The translations under genes were made by a program, and so were the position numbers. Source: Enoplolaimus lenunculus (lineage: Eukaryota). Taken from it: a DNA stretch of 64,000 nt. Positions 26,072 to 39,489 of the stretch are shown in pieces (position 1 is the stretch's first letter; every line of letters starts with the position of its first letter). The DNA lies in the NCBI GenBank assembly GCA_030248215.1, contig JASANG010002792.1:310001-374000 (forward strand). Direction: 5' to 3'. The notes beneath the pieces are model-generated. The model made no database searches and was not told the DNA's origin. It was given only the letters and a program-made list of their open reading frames with translations.

Positions 26072-29000
26072 TCATTTACTTTCACAACATGTACGAGCAC
26101 AAGCTGTTTCAGCGTTTTTCCAATTGCACAAAGTAATTGATGGTAAAGACATTACTACATTTGAACAGTATTCTGGAAATTGATCTTCTATATTTGAACA
26201 ATCTGTTGCGGTTATTGTGCGTTGTTTAATTTCTAGTGACGTTACTAGCGTTTCATTGGCAGTTGTTGCAGTTTCAGCTAAAATTCATTAATGTAGCACA
26301 TATTATATGCAACCCAGTTATTACTAGCATTAGTGCACTAGCTTTAGCAACAACAGGATCTTGTAAAGTAATACTCGAAGTAAAAATTTAGATCACAAAA
26401 GTGAGAAAAAAGGTAGATTGATTCTATGCCGAAACCAGATATTTTAAAAAATTCCTAAAAAGGATTGGTTTAAGTCTAAAAGTATTTGTGACGGAAACTA
26501 AGAATAAAACAGCGTGAGGTAAACAGCGCATTTCCTGCCGAAACCGTATTATTGGTTATTCTGCTTCCCAGTTAAATAGCAGTGAATTTTTATGTGTGTT
26601 GTAAAAAACCGCTAAAATAATATGTTTTAGCTCGCGTGCAGTAAATAACGAATAGGTACAACTTATTTAGCGTAAGAAACTGCATACACAAGACTCAGAT
26701 TTCTTGGTTTATTGTATGCCATTTAAGTGCACGCAATCATGCATTGACCCAAGCATTGACATATAACTTAGAAATGTGCCCTGGTCAACATTTGTTTGCT
26801 TTGACAAAGGCGCAGCGGCAGACCAAACAAAACGATAATTTCAAGCTGACAAATTTACATCAGTTAAGAATTTGCTCAAAAAATACCTGCTGGATATTGA
26901 TTTGTAACTTCGTCAGTGTTGTCAAATCGCTGTTCGCTGTTAACAACGGTTTGATCTGTTGAAAAGTTTCCAAGAGAAAGTGCCGACAGCGATTGACTTG
27001 AATAATTGAGCAGTAGAGGAAACGTAATGTTATGCGTTGCTGTAGCGATTTCTGTTACGTCAACAGACCCAATAATTTCAGAACCGTTGCTGCGCGCATA
27101 GTGTGGCGTATCGGTGATGTTCGCTGAAGATTGGTTTTTAAAATTGAAATTTTTATAATTTATATTTAATTCGAACGCCAAAGCTGAGTTGTTTTCGAAG
27201 CCGGATGTATTTAATAAACGCACTAAATTGTTAACTTTATTCAAATCGAGGACTAAACTGTTAGTCGCATCTAGGGTTTCGTTTTCGTTGTCGATTTCAG
27301 AATACATAATCGTTTCATTGTAAAAGTTTTCGAATTCAAAAATATTTAAATTCGTCTCTGGTTCAATATTAATTGAAGTATCATTCTCAAATTCGGTTGT
27401 TGAATTTAACCCTGTCAAGACAGTTGTATTAAGATATTCTGTGTGGTTATGTTTTGTTTTCCATTCTGGAATGAATTTTGTTTCATTTGTCTCGGCAGCG
27501 GTTGCCGGATTCGTTTCAGTTTTGCTACTGATTTCTTTTGGCAAAGGTCTATTGTGAATTAGTAATTCGGTGTTTTTGTCATGCTGCGTAATATCACTTT
27601 TTATGACTGCATTTAACTGGTCTGACGATTCGATTAATTCGTGTGTTAATGTATTATTTGTGTTGTTCGTTTCTGTGGCTGCTGGTTCGCTATAATTTTG
27701 CAAAGTTACCAATTCTAACAGAGTTGAGCGAGTAAAGTTTTGAATTGTGTTTGCGTTTGTAATATTTTCTAATGATTCAAGCTGATCAACAGTTGATGTA
27801 TTTTTCAGTTCGTTTCCATCGGGTTCTGTCTGATTTTCAAATACATTAGTGCTATTTTTGATGTTTGCGGTTGTGTTAGAATTTCTGCTAAAAAAGTCAT
27901 CAGTTTGAGGGCTGCTGGTGACGGTGAGGGTCTCCGAGGTAGTGTAATTTTCGTAGCCAAATTGCAACGCTGTGATCAATTCCTCCAAGTCTTCCTTGTC
28001 GAAACCAACTTCAACTTTGTTATCGTTTTCTGTTTTTAAGTTAAAAACTGCTTCTGATAACATTTCGTCAGCATTTTCCATATTATTGTCGTGAACAAAG
28101 TCGGCAGGCTTTTTAAACGAAGGCTTCAAATTGTGAAGTGGTTCGGGTTTGTTGTTCGAAGCAAATGTATCTACTGGGAGTATATTTTCTTCACCACTCC
28201 CTAGTTCATCATTATCGTCGTCGTCATCATCATCATCATCATCATCATCGTTATTGTCCAGTGCTAAAATTAAGTATTTGTAAAACTATTTTGTAAATCA
28301 AAATGCTTCACATCAAACTTAAAGAAACATGTAGAAATTTCGGCATTGCCTTGCAGATGAACCAGAAAACATCATGTTGAAGGAATACTAAACCCGTGCA
28401 TATACAGTGTAAATTGAAAACAGTTGTCTGTCTGTGCTAAATTTTGTATTCCAGTGCCTCGTGCTCAATCATTCAAATATGGATTTACAATAGACCCTCC
28501 CCCTCGTTTAAAAATTCTGGCTAACACCTATGACAACTCAATGATTAGTTTAGCTAACCTTGCACAGCTGCTTCCACATCTAGCACATCGTCGTGTTCTC
28601 CTGACCCACTATTAACAATTTCTGATCCATCGGATTCTTGTTCATCCAAAACGAACGCTAAAATAAGAACACTCTAGCGTAGTTTCATAGCATAAATTTC
28701 AAAATGACAGGCAGTCACAATAACAAGTTGACCTTATCATTCAAGGAAGGACTATATATACTATGCATTTAGCTAACACCATAAACCATCCTTGCTTTAA
28801 ATTGAAAATATCAGTGTGTGTATAACCAGAGATCCAGTTCCTGGCAAAAAATCAATCTCCAGCTCCATCAAAAGACCAAGTTTAAAAATAATTATTTAAC
28901 AACATTTTATAGATTATTGTTAAAAACTATTAATAAAAGTTCAATTTCAATCTCCGTGTCAAGTCTTTCAAGTCCGATTACATCCTGGTATAAATGCACC

Positions 29001-32000
29001 ATTTTTCTAATTTACAAATATAATATTCGTTTAATTTAAATAGAAAACAGTTTTCAACCTTGCACATTGACTGCGGTGAAATTGCTATCCACACGACGCG
29101 ACTTATCGTTAAAGCTAGAGCGCTCGCCTGCGGTTGTATTTGTAGACTGATCTTCATTGATAGTGTAGTTGTTTCCTAAACAAAAATTTCGATTTCTACA
29201 CATATTCTAATTTACCTTGACTGTACAGTTTTTCTATTAGAACGGACTGTTAATTTTAATTTCCATACCGCTATTATTTAAAAATGTTTTTTTCAGTTGC
29301 CTTATTTGTTACTTCTGCTACAGTAGCATATTTATATTCAAAAGGTCTTGGTGAGAGATTGATTTCGTGCAAGATGAAATCTAAAGTTTTCTATAACACA
29401 GCAAATTTGTCACTTTTATCGGCGACGTATCATTCGCTTATTTTGTCAGCTTCGCAGCCTAAAACTGTACAATTTTACTCTGTGAGTTATTGCTTTTCAG
29501 ACATATTGCTTGACTTCGTTTGAATCCATCCGTGCCTTACATTTTCTAGTTCATTTTAGATCCGGAATAAGAGCAAAAAAGTATTCATTACAAAGGTCAT
29601 GTTCTCAAAGCACGTATCACCAGTTAGCGATATGTTATTAAACGAACGATCCACGGCAGTTGCGGATCTCAAAACTTGCGCAAAAATAAGGCAAACCAAA
29701 TGAGAAAAATGTGCTGATCTTCGAAGCTCATCATTCGTTGATTCGAAAGTTACAAGAACTATTGCCAAATTGTCATCGGTGCTGCACATATTTGATTAAA
29801 TATGGGCATACAAACTGAAAGATGCTCGCCTGAGCGTATTACCTTTTGAAAATAAAACATTTTTGAGCACAGACAAATGATGTTCCAGTACTGCGGTTTG
29901 ATCTGCGGACACTGTTGTAGCATTTATTTTCGTAGTTGTGTAGCTGTGAATTAACTGATCGAACATCTCAGTGGCGTTAATGGCGTAATCAGTTGAATTT
30001 GATTCAGCGCGATCAACAGATGAAGTATTTATCAAATGCTTCGAATCTTTTGAATTAGACAGAAAAAATAGCAGTATTGTGATTATTTAACAGGCAACAT
30101 GCATATGGACTTTGGCCGATATAGATCAGGAGCGGAACGTGTTTCTGTGCGACTGCAATACTGTAAGCTAAAACTTTAGACTAACTTTTTTCCTTAGGCT
30201 TACACACAAAATAAATTGTCTTGAAATTTCATGACTCTACTTTATTAAAGTTTTAAGACATAAATGTCTTGTATATCAGACATTAATAGCCTTAAACAAA
30301 CCAGAAATTTGTTTCTTAAATGGTGAAAACATAAATTACTCAATATTCAAGAAATTTCTGTTGCCAATTTATAAGACACAAGCTTCTTTCTTTCAAGAAA
30401 TAGTTTTGTTTTATTCAAGAATTAATTTCTGATTTTAATGTATGGATAAAAAGTTGTTCTGTTTACATTCTTAAAACGGTGTATAAATAATCGAATTTCG
30501 CAGATATTTCGGCTTGAACTCAGGCTCCCCCACATCTAAGTTTACGTCCTGGACGTATCTTAGGTTGTAAATGGGTTGAGATTTAGGCCCCAGTTTTGGA
30601 GTCGGTTTTCTTATATTTCAGAAATATTTGTCTTATATTTCAGAAATATTTGTCTTATATTTCAGAAATATATTTGTTGATCGTTCATAATACAAAGTCT
30701 TAAATTTAGGACATTTATGTGTGAAAACTTTAGACCAATACTTCTGAAAAATTTAAGCATTAAAATTCTTGAATTTAAGACACATGTCTTGAGCTTGTAT
30801 CAAGACATAATGTCTCAAATTTCAGACAATATTCCTTGAATACAAGACAATTTGTTTTGTGTGTAGGCTTATGTTTATGTTTAGGCTTAGGCTTAAGTTC
30901 ATTCTGATGCTTAAGCTAAGCCTATTGCTCATATATACACTACTGTTATTGTCCTATTCTATACATTAGCCAAGACTTGTAAGTTAAGTATATTTTGTAA
31001 GTTACCGCTTTATAGATTCTTTTTTGCAACAGACACTGCCACATCTGATTTGTAGATGTCGTTGTCCTAAGTGCAGTTTACGCATGACAAGCATCGGTCC
31101 AAACCAAGGGTGAACTTTTAATTTGGCCTACCAGGCTGTCTGGTAGGCCGATTAGAAGATGAGCAACTCAAAAAAAATTATTAAAAACATTCTAGTTTTA
31201 TGTCATAATTAGTTTAAATCGTAAGTAGTAGGCCGGATTATATCAAAATGCCTGGACCGATTTTAATATCAGTTCACTGTTCAGCCATGCCCAAAACAGC
31301 ACGTGTTGTGAGTATGCAGGTGTATCTAGCCGCCTAACTCAGCCAGTATTTCAGTTCAAGAGGGTATCACCAAATGTAAAAAAATCTTTAGCCTCTAGAG
31401 TATTCAGAATGTTAATCCACGGTCTGTTAAAACAACTTTTGTCTTGTGTCGAGAAGTTTGGGGGGATATATCTCCTTCTATTCTTCGCTTTGTATACGCC
31501 TCTAACAAAATGCCAAATTGTTTATCTGCCAACCTAAACCCGAAGCGAATATAAGATTTGCCGGGAACCAATTTCAATCCTCTGACGCTCCATGGTAGAT
31601 ATGCTGCTAACCACTGAACTGCACTATGTGAATGTGGTAGTTTGGTTGCTTGGCTTTGAAGGCGCTTTTTATCATCACTTACCAAGCCACTTTCTTGGAA
31701 AAGGTGTGTTATCCAACAAGAATTTGACAAATCTTTTGAGAGGACTTTGTGGAAATAAAACCTGTGGAATTAATATGCTGTCGACATTAGGTTTGTATGG
31801 CTGTACCGGTCGGTTACGTCTTCTATCTTCAGTACCTGTACATTAAATTTGAATTGTTTTCATTTCGCAACATATATTTAAATATAGAGCATTTGAACAT
31901 TCATGTACAACTCGACAAAAGGTTGATGCGCGAGCTTGAGGGTGTTCCCACGTCTTGTATTGTTGCACTGCGCAATGCGCATATGCGTAATAGTTACATT

Positions 32001-35000
32001 ACATTTACACTGAGTGAGTGTTATATATCCAGTTTTTTGTAACATTATACAATAGTGACCCAAATAAGAGAGGTATAATATGAGAAGGTCTCCGTCTCCA
32101 TCAATAGAAGCCTGTATCCCTAATAAGAATCGTTAAGCGGACCTAGTGATAAACCCTAATCAGGGCTGGAGCAGCCACCCCCATACAACCCATTTGGGAG
32201 GCCCACGACCTAACCGGTTGAAACAAAAACCGCTTAAGTTTTAAAATGCGTCTGGCTTCTCGCTCACTTCGAGCGCGAGTTTGGGGTCCCCCACTCTGGA
32301 ATTTAGGTGGAGCCCCACCTCTGCCTGCTCCGGTACTGACCCTAATTAAAGTCCTGCAGCGCATAAACTAAGGGACCAAATAAAGTTGAGTTTCAGACTT
32401 TAAAGCGAAGGAGCCCGTCTTTAAAAAGGCTCCGTAAGCGGATTGAGTCCCTAAACCCTAAAACTTCAAAAAAATGTCAAGTATCTCTAACTGTAGTGCA
32501 TAAATTATTGTAGGACCAAATAAAGATGAGTTTGAAACGTTAAAGCATACTTGCATTTAAAAGTACATTCCTAAGTATAACCTGCCTTGTGAGTAGGATC
32601 AACTTACGTGACATGGCGTGATCAATCTGTGGTTGAAGACGCACTTCTAGCAATTCCAAGCTGTCGCTTTCCAAGTCCGGATAAACTGTTTCAGAATTGT
32701 TAGAAAACAGCCTGGCCTGGGTTGATTTCCAACTTCCTTTGCCATTATCAAGTATATTGAGACCTGAAACATAAATGATATCTGCATAGAACACATGAAG
32801 TTTCGCAAGTCACAAAACGTAAGATTTGTAATACATGGTTAATGGTATATTTGTATGCATCTGGTAACATCTTTCATTAAATGTTTGTGGTGCTGTGCAA
32901 CACATGGATCCAAACGAATTATATATGTTAAGACTCGTTTTCATGTTATGAAATGCAAAAATTGTATCATTATATCACCAAGAAAATTTCTGAGGGCGAA
33001 AAATTGTAAGGTATATACAAATTGATTTTTGATTGGTTGTTCAGGTTTGACTGTATTCAAGAGAACTTACTTGCACTGTAATTATTTGCCTTCAACATAT
33101 TTGCCAACTATTAATTAAACAAAGTATGAGGTGAAGGATTACAGAAACGCAATTTGATTGGCTAATCAAAACCACAGAAATAAAAACAACATTATTCACA
33201 TAACGTTACATTCGATTAAACGTTACGCCACACGCTCACACAACTTCGTTTGTGTACTACCTAAATAAACCTTGGTTAATTTATAATTTGCAAATACGGT
33301 GAAGGTAAATAATTATTGTGCATGTCAGGTTTCTCAAGCACAGTCAAGCCAGAACAGCCAATCAAACACCGTTTGCATTCCAGCAATTGTTTGGTCTATA
33401 CAATTCTCCAATCAAAAGCAGTTTCTATTTCAGTAGTTGTTTGGGAAGCCCCGAACAGCTGTTGTTTAGGGCGTCCAGTTGCCAAATATGGCAAATAGCT
33501 GTATGGGGCACGGCATATCGGTAAAACTCAAAATCAGTAAAAATGAATTTCGCCTAGTATCGAAATTCGATAGGCATAGCGTACGAGAATGGATATCTAA
33601 CCAGTCCTGTGTTAAAGCCAACACCAAACCAGGCCCGTTAACCAGCTCACCTTCCTAGGAGGAGCTAAAAAACTTTCTTGAGGGGCATACAAAGGTTTTC
33701 GTTGGCTTACAGGCAAGGTTGAAAACTTTCTGAGGGGGGCAAAAAATTTTCAAGGGGGGGGCGAGCCCTCCCCCGGCCCTTCCCTTGGCTACGGGTCCGC
33801 AACCAACAACAATACCTGATGCGGAACCAGAAAATCCGCATTTGAGTAATATGCAAAGAGAGCTGTAAACTGTTATAATCGGTTTCATGATTGAACGAAC
33901 GTTGGACTTTCACTATTAAAGCCACAGAGCGCTTAGCTCGGACTGTGTAAAAATAGATATTTACTATAATACATTACATCAGGAATTACAATAGCGCAAT
34001 GCTGACAACGAGCTTCTGCAATAGATTCGAAAATGTCTGAAAATCACAAAACCATAATAATAAACACTTTTTACAGGGAATTTTAAAAAAATAGGTTTTC
34101 TAGCGATAGATCTTTATTCGGGCAAACAGATTTTGCCAACAAATTGGACAATATACAACTGAGCACAGGATGACCACGGATTTGAGTTGAGATTGAGGCA
34201 GATGTGCCTTATCCAACTTTCACTATTACATGCGTACACCCGGTGACATTTGAGGGGCTAGTGTCATGGACATTGAAGCCAATAAAAAGTATCTATACGT
34301 ACTGCTTGTGAACGTATTAAACATTTAAAAACTAAAAGTGTAAATCTTGACTGTAGATTGAAAAAATGTCCAAATTCCAATTCATATGACCCTGTTATCT
34401 TTTGTTAAAAATCGCAAAAATTTGTTTGAGAAAGTCGCAAAAATTTGCTGCAGTATCTTCACGTTTTACTTCAATGTCATTCTAGGCGGCTAATTGATAG
34501 CAAAAACAAATTTTAAAACACTGTCTGGTGTTTGCCGACAATTAGCCGCATAGAATGACAGTGGAATAAAAGTCGTGTTTATTGACAAAGAATAAAAATT
34601 TGTTGCGAACCATGAAGCGAGTTTTGAGAAAAATTGAAAGAAAGAATATTTGATGAGTTACAAACATTATTGGTTTAAAACGTAAAACATTCTTTCGTAT
34701 AGGTAGAATTTTCACACAACGATGCGTACTGTTTGCGCATTGTTCTTGCGGATCGGCATATTTTGTTTGAACTGGATTTTTTGAAGTTTTTAAATAGCCA
34801 CCGCAGTCTAAATATTCACCGAAATTTTTTTAAAAATTTGTCGTTTTTGCTTTTATTGGCGTAAACGAGAACGCCGTGTGTTTACAGGGCTGCTTGTATA
34901 TATTGAGGACTTTGAATCGCACAGATTATGATACATACGAACATTTGATATTTTCCTTTATATAATTTAGTTAACTTGACCACTATCTATATATTAAAGC

Positions 35001-35109
35001 TGGATCGCCCCACACACGTATTTTGGGCAGCGTTCCAGCAATGTCCCAATGTGCAAATTAATAGAAGTTTGCAAAGACATAAAACGGTTGTTTCAATTTT
35101 CTTAGTAAA
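26072..35109 (-). CDS. Secreted mucin/proteoglycan-like protein with a Cys-containing N-terminus, an Asn/Thr/Glu-rich body and a C-terminal 6-Cys ShK-like domain
   Basis: Well-supported phase-1 exons: 30046-29843, 29175-29059, 28657-28559, 28263-26887, 26277-26072 (ends CSNIEDQFPEYCSNVVMSLPSITLCNWKNAETACARTCCESK*). Phase-compatible upstream exons, less certain: 35109-35016 (signal-like TVLCLCKLLLICTLGHC), 34807-34730 (CGGYL), 34036-33978, 33107-33071, 32763-32608, 31835-31683. Acidic SGSGE/GSGEE motifs, a poly-Asp run and many N-x-S/T sites are present. The start ATG was not located. Confidence 0.65.
30114..30971 (+). mobile_element. TTAGGC-bearing MITE (family A) interrupted by a TA-TSD element
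   Basis: Degenerate family A ends GGCCGATATAGATCAGG / CCTATTCTATACATTAGCC. The TTAGGC tract is split by the insert at 30203-30863. Confidence 0.75.
30203..30863. mobile_element. TA-TSD DNA transposon (CACACAAAA.AAATTGTCTTG TIR); inverted partial copy at about 22394-22780
   Basis: TIRs CACACAAAATAAATTGTCTTG / CAAGACAATTTGTTTTGTGTG, flanked by TA on both sides. Confidence 0.85.
32161..32338. mobile_element. hAT-like MITE nested in a partial Tc1/mariner-like repeat (about 32050-32600)
   Basis: TIRs CAGGGCTGGAGCAG / CTGCTCCGGTACTG with a perfect 8-bp TSD ACCCTAAT. Confidence 0.85.
33630..33799. mobile_element. MITE of about 165 bp, CAGGCCCGTAGCCAG family; other copies at about 38400-38565, 45880, 46144-46304, 47140-47192, 48339-48500, 57350-57467
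   Basis: Shared TIR CAGGCCCGTAGCCAG / TGGCTACGGGCCTG and shared interior (..TTACAAGCAAGGTTGAAAA..). Confidence 0.8.
34460..34577. repeat. Short inverted repeat/hairpin, probably a MITE; a second, unrelated hairpin lies at about 22121-22269
   Basis: TGTCATTCTAGGCGGCTAATTG ... CAATTAGCCGCATAGAATGACA. Confidence 0.75.
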
Positions 35110-37984
35110 CTATTGGTTAGATGTTTTGTGGTTTGTTCTATTAGACATTGATAGGATATTTTTATGTTGTCTTTAGCTATGTTCAAGTTGCGAAGTGTAT
35201 ATATTTTCCGCTACAGAGTGGAATACCGGGTTCAGTCTTTCCCTTATTAGGGATGCATGCAGTACCGAACCAATGACCCCGTATACATTAAAATGATAAT
35301 TTAGTTGTTTGAGTTGTCACTTAAGCTTCACAGCCTACTCTTTAAAAGTTTAAACTAACTTGATTTAAGCTTAAAGCTAATCCAGCGGTATTAAACTAAG
35401 TTTCTTGAATAACTGAACCAACGGGTAGGTTTACGCTTAAACTAATTTAAAATCTTACGTATTTTTAGTTTAAGCTAAACTGAGTGAACTCTTTGACACA
35501 CATAATTTCTCGGCTGCACGTGTTACTTAGTCTAAAAATAAGTTTACTTAAACTCGCGTTAAACTTAGAAATACGTTCGTTTAAGTAAAACTTAAAATTC
35601 TAGTTTAGTTAGTCCGTCCAGCCATTTAAGTTTTACTTAAACTGATATTCATGTGCTAGGAACATTATAATCATAGTAGGTATATACTTTTTAACATTAT
35701 AACTTTCCAAAATAAACCCTTGAAAAAATCCTTCAATTTGGTGTTAGCGTCACTGCAATTGTTAAAAATGCATTCTAAAAATCGGGAAATTAACAAACTG
35801 CCCATTTCCAATTTGTGCTTGTGTACTTTGCTGTGTTGCGTCTTTCGAACTGAAAAAAATCTTTAGGTCACACCAACTTTTTTAATTTTTTGCTTTTGAC
35901 GAAATTTGCGTTTAAATCTTCCACGGGAAGGGGAAGAATTAAACGGGAGAAAGAATGATACCGTTTGACATCGACGTAAGCATACGCTTGTCCTCACGCT
36001 GATAATTACGGCTTAGAAATATGCTTATACAATTCTCACGGCGGCAGACGGAAATGGGTCGCGATATGTGACAAAACACTACCAAGTTACCACTAGAACC
36101 GTTCTTCGGTTAGGTACTGAAAACAAACTAACCCAAACAGTTAACCAGTGAACAACAAGACGGAATAGTGCGGCAAATTTTGTATGACATGTAATAAGTT
36201 CAGCAGTCTAGTCAGTCATTCCCTGTAAAAGATGCAAAAAATCGATACAAAAAGAAATTTACAACAATGTTTGTCGTTGAATGGCACCGGTAATGGTAAC
36301 GAACTACAGGTCACTTGGGTCATGTAGGTGACCTATGACCCATCTCTTGACCCCTCAAAAATCCCGAGATATTGAGCCATCACCTACTGACCATTTTCCA
36401 ATTCTGGTTACGGTTCCTCAGCTATACACAGTTCTCATTTGTCTATCTACGTAATGGTTGATATAAATGAAATCCTGTTTATAAGTTGAGCCTCAAATCT
36501 GTGATCACGTTGGCTGTGCAGATGCGAAATTTGGTGCATGAATTGTGGGTCAAAATTTTGTAAATTTTTCTCGGTCAAAACTGATCTTAAGTCAAACGTT
36601 TAACCTATAATTGATTACCCGTACAAGCCAGACCATATTTGTAAATTTTTTAGCATTAAAGCTTCCGACGGTTCCGTTAAATAATGTATTTGCTGTCTAG
36701 TTTGTTACATATAAAAATACAAGGAGGTTTTGTTAAAAATGGCGGACTAAAACATATATTCTAACTAGGCTATACCTAAAGGCTCTGGTTAAATAGGGCT
36801 CGAAATTTAGTTTCTGGTTTATTTTACCTATAAGCTCACTTCTAAGGGGCAACATTTTATAACTTTTGCTGAAATTGTTATTTTCGAGAGTTGTCTTACA
36901 GCTAAACACAAAAGGAAATGAAGGTCCGGACAACTTTCGATGTTGTACCAAGAAATTTTGTTGCCGTTTCCGTGGTGGAGACCCCCAATCTGAAATATGG
37001 AGAGATCCCAACCCAAGTCTGCTCTATGAAACCATGAACGGAAAGAAATTAATTGATACTTCACGATTAAGTTAAGACATTAATTTGGCAGAAAGTTTAC
37101 CTTTCTGCGCTGTAAACGATAGGTTACAAACTTCGCATAATGTCATTATATTTATTCACTCAATAGTTTTTATGATAAAGTATCCACTAAGGTGCTGCCG
37201 AGAAAAACCTAGGTTTTGAAAAGGTTCATAAAAGCGACCAATCCATGATTTGTTCACAAACAACCTTCCGGAAACTTTCGTACACTCCGCATATGCTTTG
37301 TGGGGTTTTCTGGCATTCTCCATGATACTCGATGAGCGTGTGACTCTCATAATCACAGTTTTACAAATCTCTTAAAATATTTCTCTCCAAAAGCGTTGCG
37401 TAAGCGGGTTTTAATTGTCAACTTGGATTGCAGGTGTGGGTCGCATGGTTCATGCGTCACGTAAGTCTTGCGTTGCACATCATGACACATTTACAGCTTC
37501 GAGTTGACGCCCTTCCAAACCAGGATCCAAGATTTGTCTAGTGGAGATTGGAGGGCACCTATTTTTTCGATGCTGCGGTTTGGGTATAAAAAAGTGGTCG
37601 CTCAGAACAAGCAATTGAGTACCTCTTCACTATCGCCACACACTTGAGTTGAATCCAGGTTACCATTAGGGAGTGTGAAGTCACAGACTGTTAAAAAATT
37701 TATACAATTTATACAACAGAGTTAATGGGATTTAAATAGGACTCTGAAAACCAAAGTCATAGAAAACCGAAATATAAATTGTTCAGCATAGGTAAATGTA
37801 CTCATAGAGGAAGAAAAATATAATACATCACCGGACGGTATCAAACACACTACAAACACATTAACGCTTGTGCACATAGTGTTTCTGAAATTAGTCAGAA
37901 ACGGATTACCAGCATCATAACTGAAACATTCGCTGAAATTTAAGATAATTTTCCAAGAAATCATTTTATTACTTGATACGTTGT

Positions 37985-38126
37985 GGCCCATGTTACTTTA
38001 AGGGGCGTCCAGGTTTCTGGTGGGTCTATAAAAGAGTAGGTGTACATTATTTGCTTAGGCTTAGGCTAAGGATTAGGCTTAAGAACTCGCTTAATCTACT
38101 GTTACGCCCCTCAAAGTAACATTGGC
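37985..38126 (+). mobile_element. TTAGGC-bearing MITE (family B)
   Basis: TIRs GGCCCATGTTACTTTAAGGGGCGT / ACGCCCCTCAAAGTAACATTGGCC. The interior reads CTTAGGCTTAGGCTAAGGATTAGGCTTAAG. CGTTGT is repeated on both flanks. Confidence 0.82.
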
Positions 38127-39489
38127 CCGTTGTGCAATAGATTTATAACGTCAACTTTTTCTTGAAAGCTTATTCTATGATAACCGACATCTATTTCACG
38201 TGCACCTTACCTAAATTATATTCCTGATACGTAAAACCTTTTTTTAGAAACATTATTTTGTGACCACATAGTTCATTAAGTAGTACCATTTTGTGATTCG
38301 CAATTGGCGATAAACATCTGCTAGCAAAAGGAAGCGATCATTTCGAGAAAGTGAATTGTAGCTTAGAATGCATCACAGTAATGTTAATTTGATAGAAGGA
38401 ACAAGCCATTAGCCAAGGTGGGAACCAGAAGGGCCCAGCCCCCCTAAATAAATTTTATCCCACTGCCCTAGAAATTTCTCAACTTTGCTTGTAACTCATT
38501 AAAAACCCTTGACTGCCCCTCCTGACATTGTTTAGCCCCAAGCAAGGTGAGCTGGCTACGGGCGTGAGAAGGTAATGTTTTCATCTCCAAGTTGATGTTT
38601 ATACTTAAGCGTACGTTTATGCGTTAGCCTACGCCTGAGCCTAAAGCTGGGGAAGTTATTGTCGGCTAATGTATTAGCAAATATTTCCAAAGTTTTGAGG
38701 TTCCACTTGTAAGGTACTTCGAACGACCCCACGACGCAAACTTAATTTTTTTAATTTGACTTCAGGCCGATTTTCCTACACATAATCGCAGTTAAGAAAC
38801 AAACAAGTAAGCAGAAATCGAAATGGGGCGTGGGGTTCCATGGCGCGGATGGAGTGGTGCCCCATACAGGGGAATCAATAATCAAGAGAGGAATTTTTGT
38901 TGGCTTTGAATTTTTACCGGAAAATATCGAAAATTTTACTGGTCGCAGAATTTTTCTGGTCTGCGGTTTAACATTTACAAGGAGAGAACCGATCGATTTA
39001 ATCTAAAAGGGGGGGTCGGCGAAAAATGCAACGGCTGGTGGTACATTTTGTACCATGCGGACCCCAAAGAGTTACACACTCTTGTATTGTGCACTCTTGA
39101 TTAAATCAAGAGGTCTGCTGTCGCAAACGAAATCCTTCAGCTGAACAGATACAGGCGTCCTGCTCTTGACACCTTTACTTCTGGGGAACTTTTTAATTTT
39201 TGGAAAGTCAGCCGCCTCTCGCTTCTGTCGACGCTGTGCGGTTCTTGAAAAAGCAGACCGAGGCTCTAGCGCTTTCCAACCTAATCTTAGCTGCGTTCGA
39301 AATATGTTAACATTGTAATTGATGACAAAGTTTACGTTCTCGCTGTTTCCAATCTTGACAATGTACAAATTTTCAAATTTATACACGTACAGACTGACTG
39401 ATTGTATTTGCTTGCAGTAGTTTTCGTATTTTCAACGTTCATTCACCACAATCGTGCTAATTCTATTTTGCTGTCCTGGCTATTGGGTT

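Noticed and set aside
29390..31066. TAA stop-codon reassignment, suggested by in-frame TAAs in an apparent signal peptide (MHVAC*IITILLFFL), a 61-nt candidate exon and the 29.5-kb frame
   Set aside because: More than 2,000 codons of confident exons contain no in-frame TAA, and PMF1 and the 52712 gene end in TAA. The apparent signal peptide is an intron pyrimidine tract with CTAAT before the AG, and the 29.5-kb frame has all three stop types.
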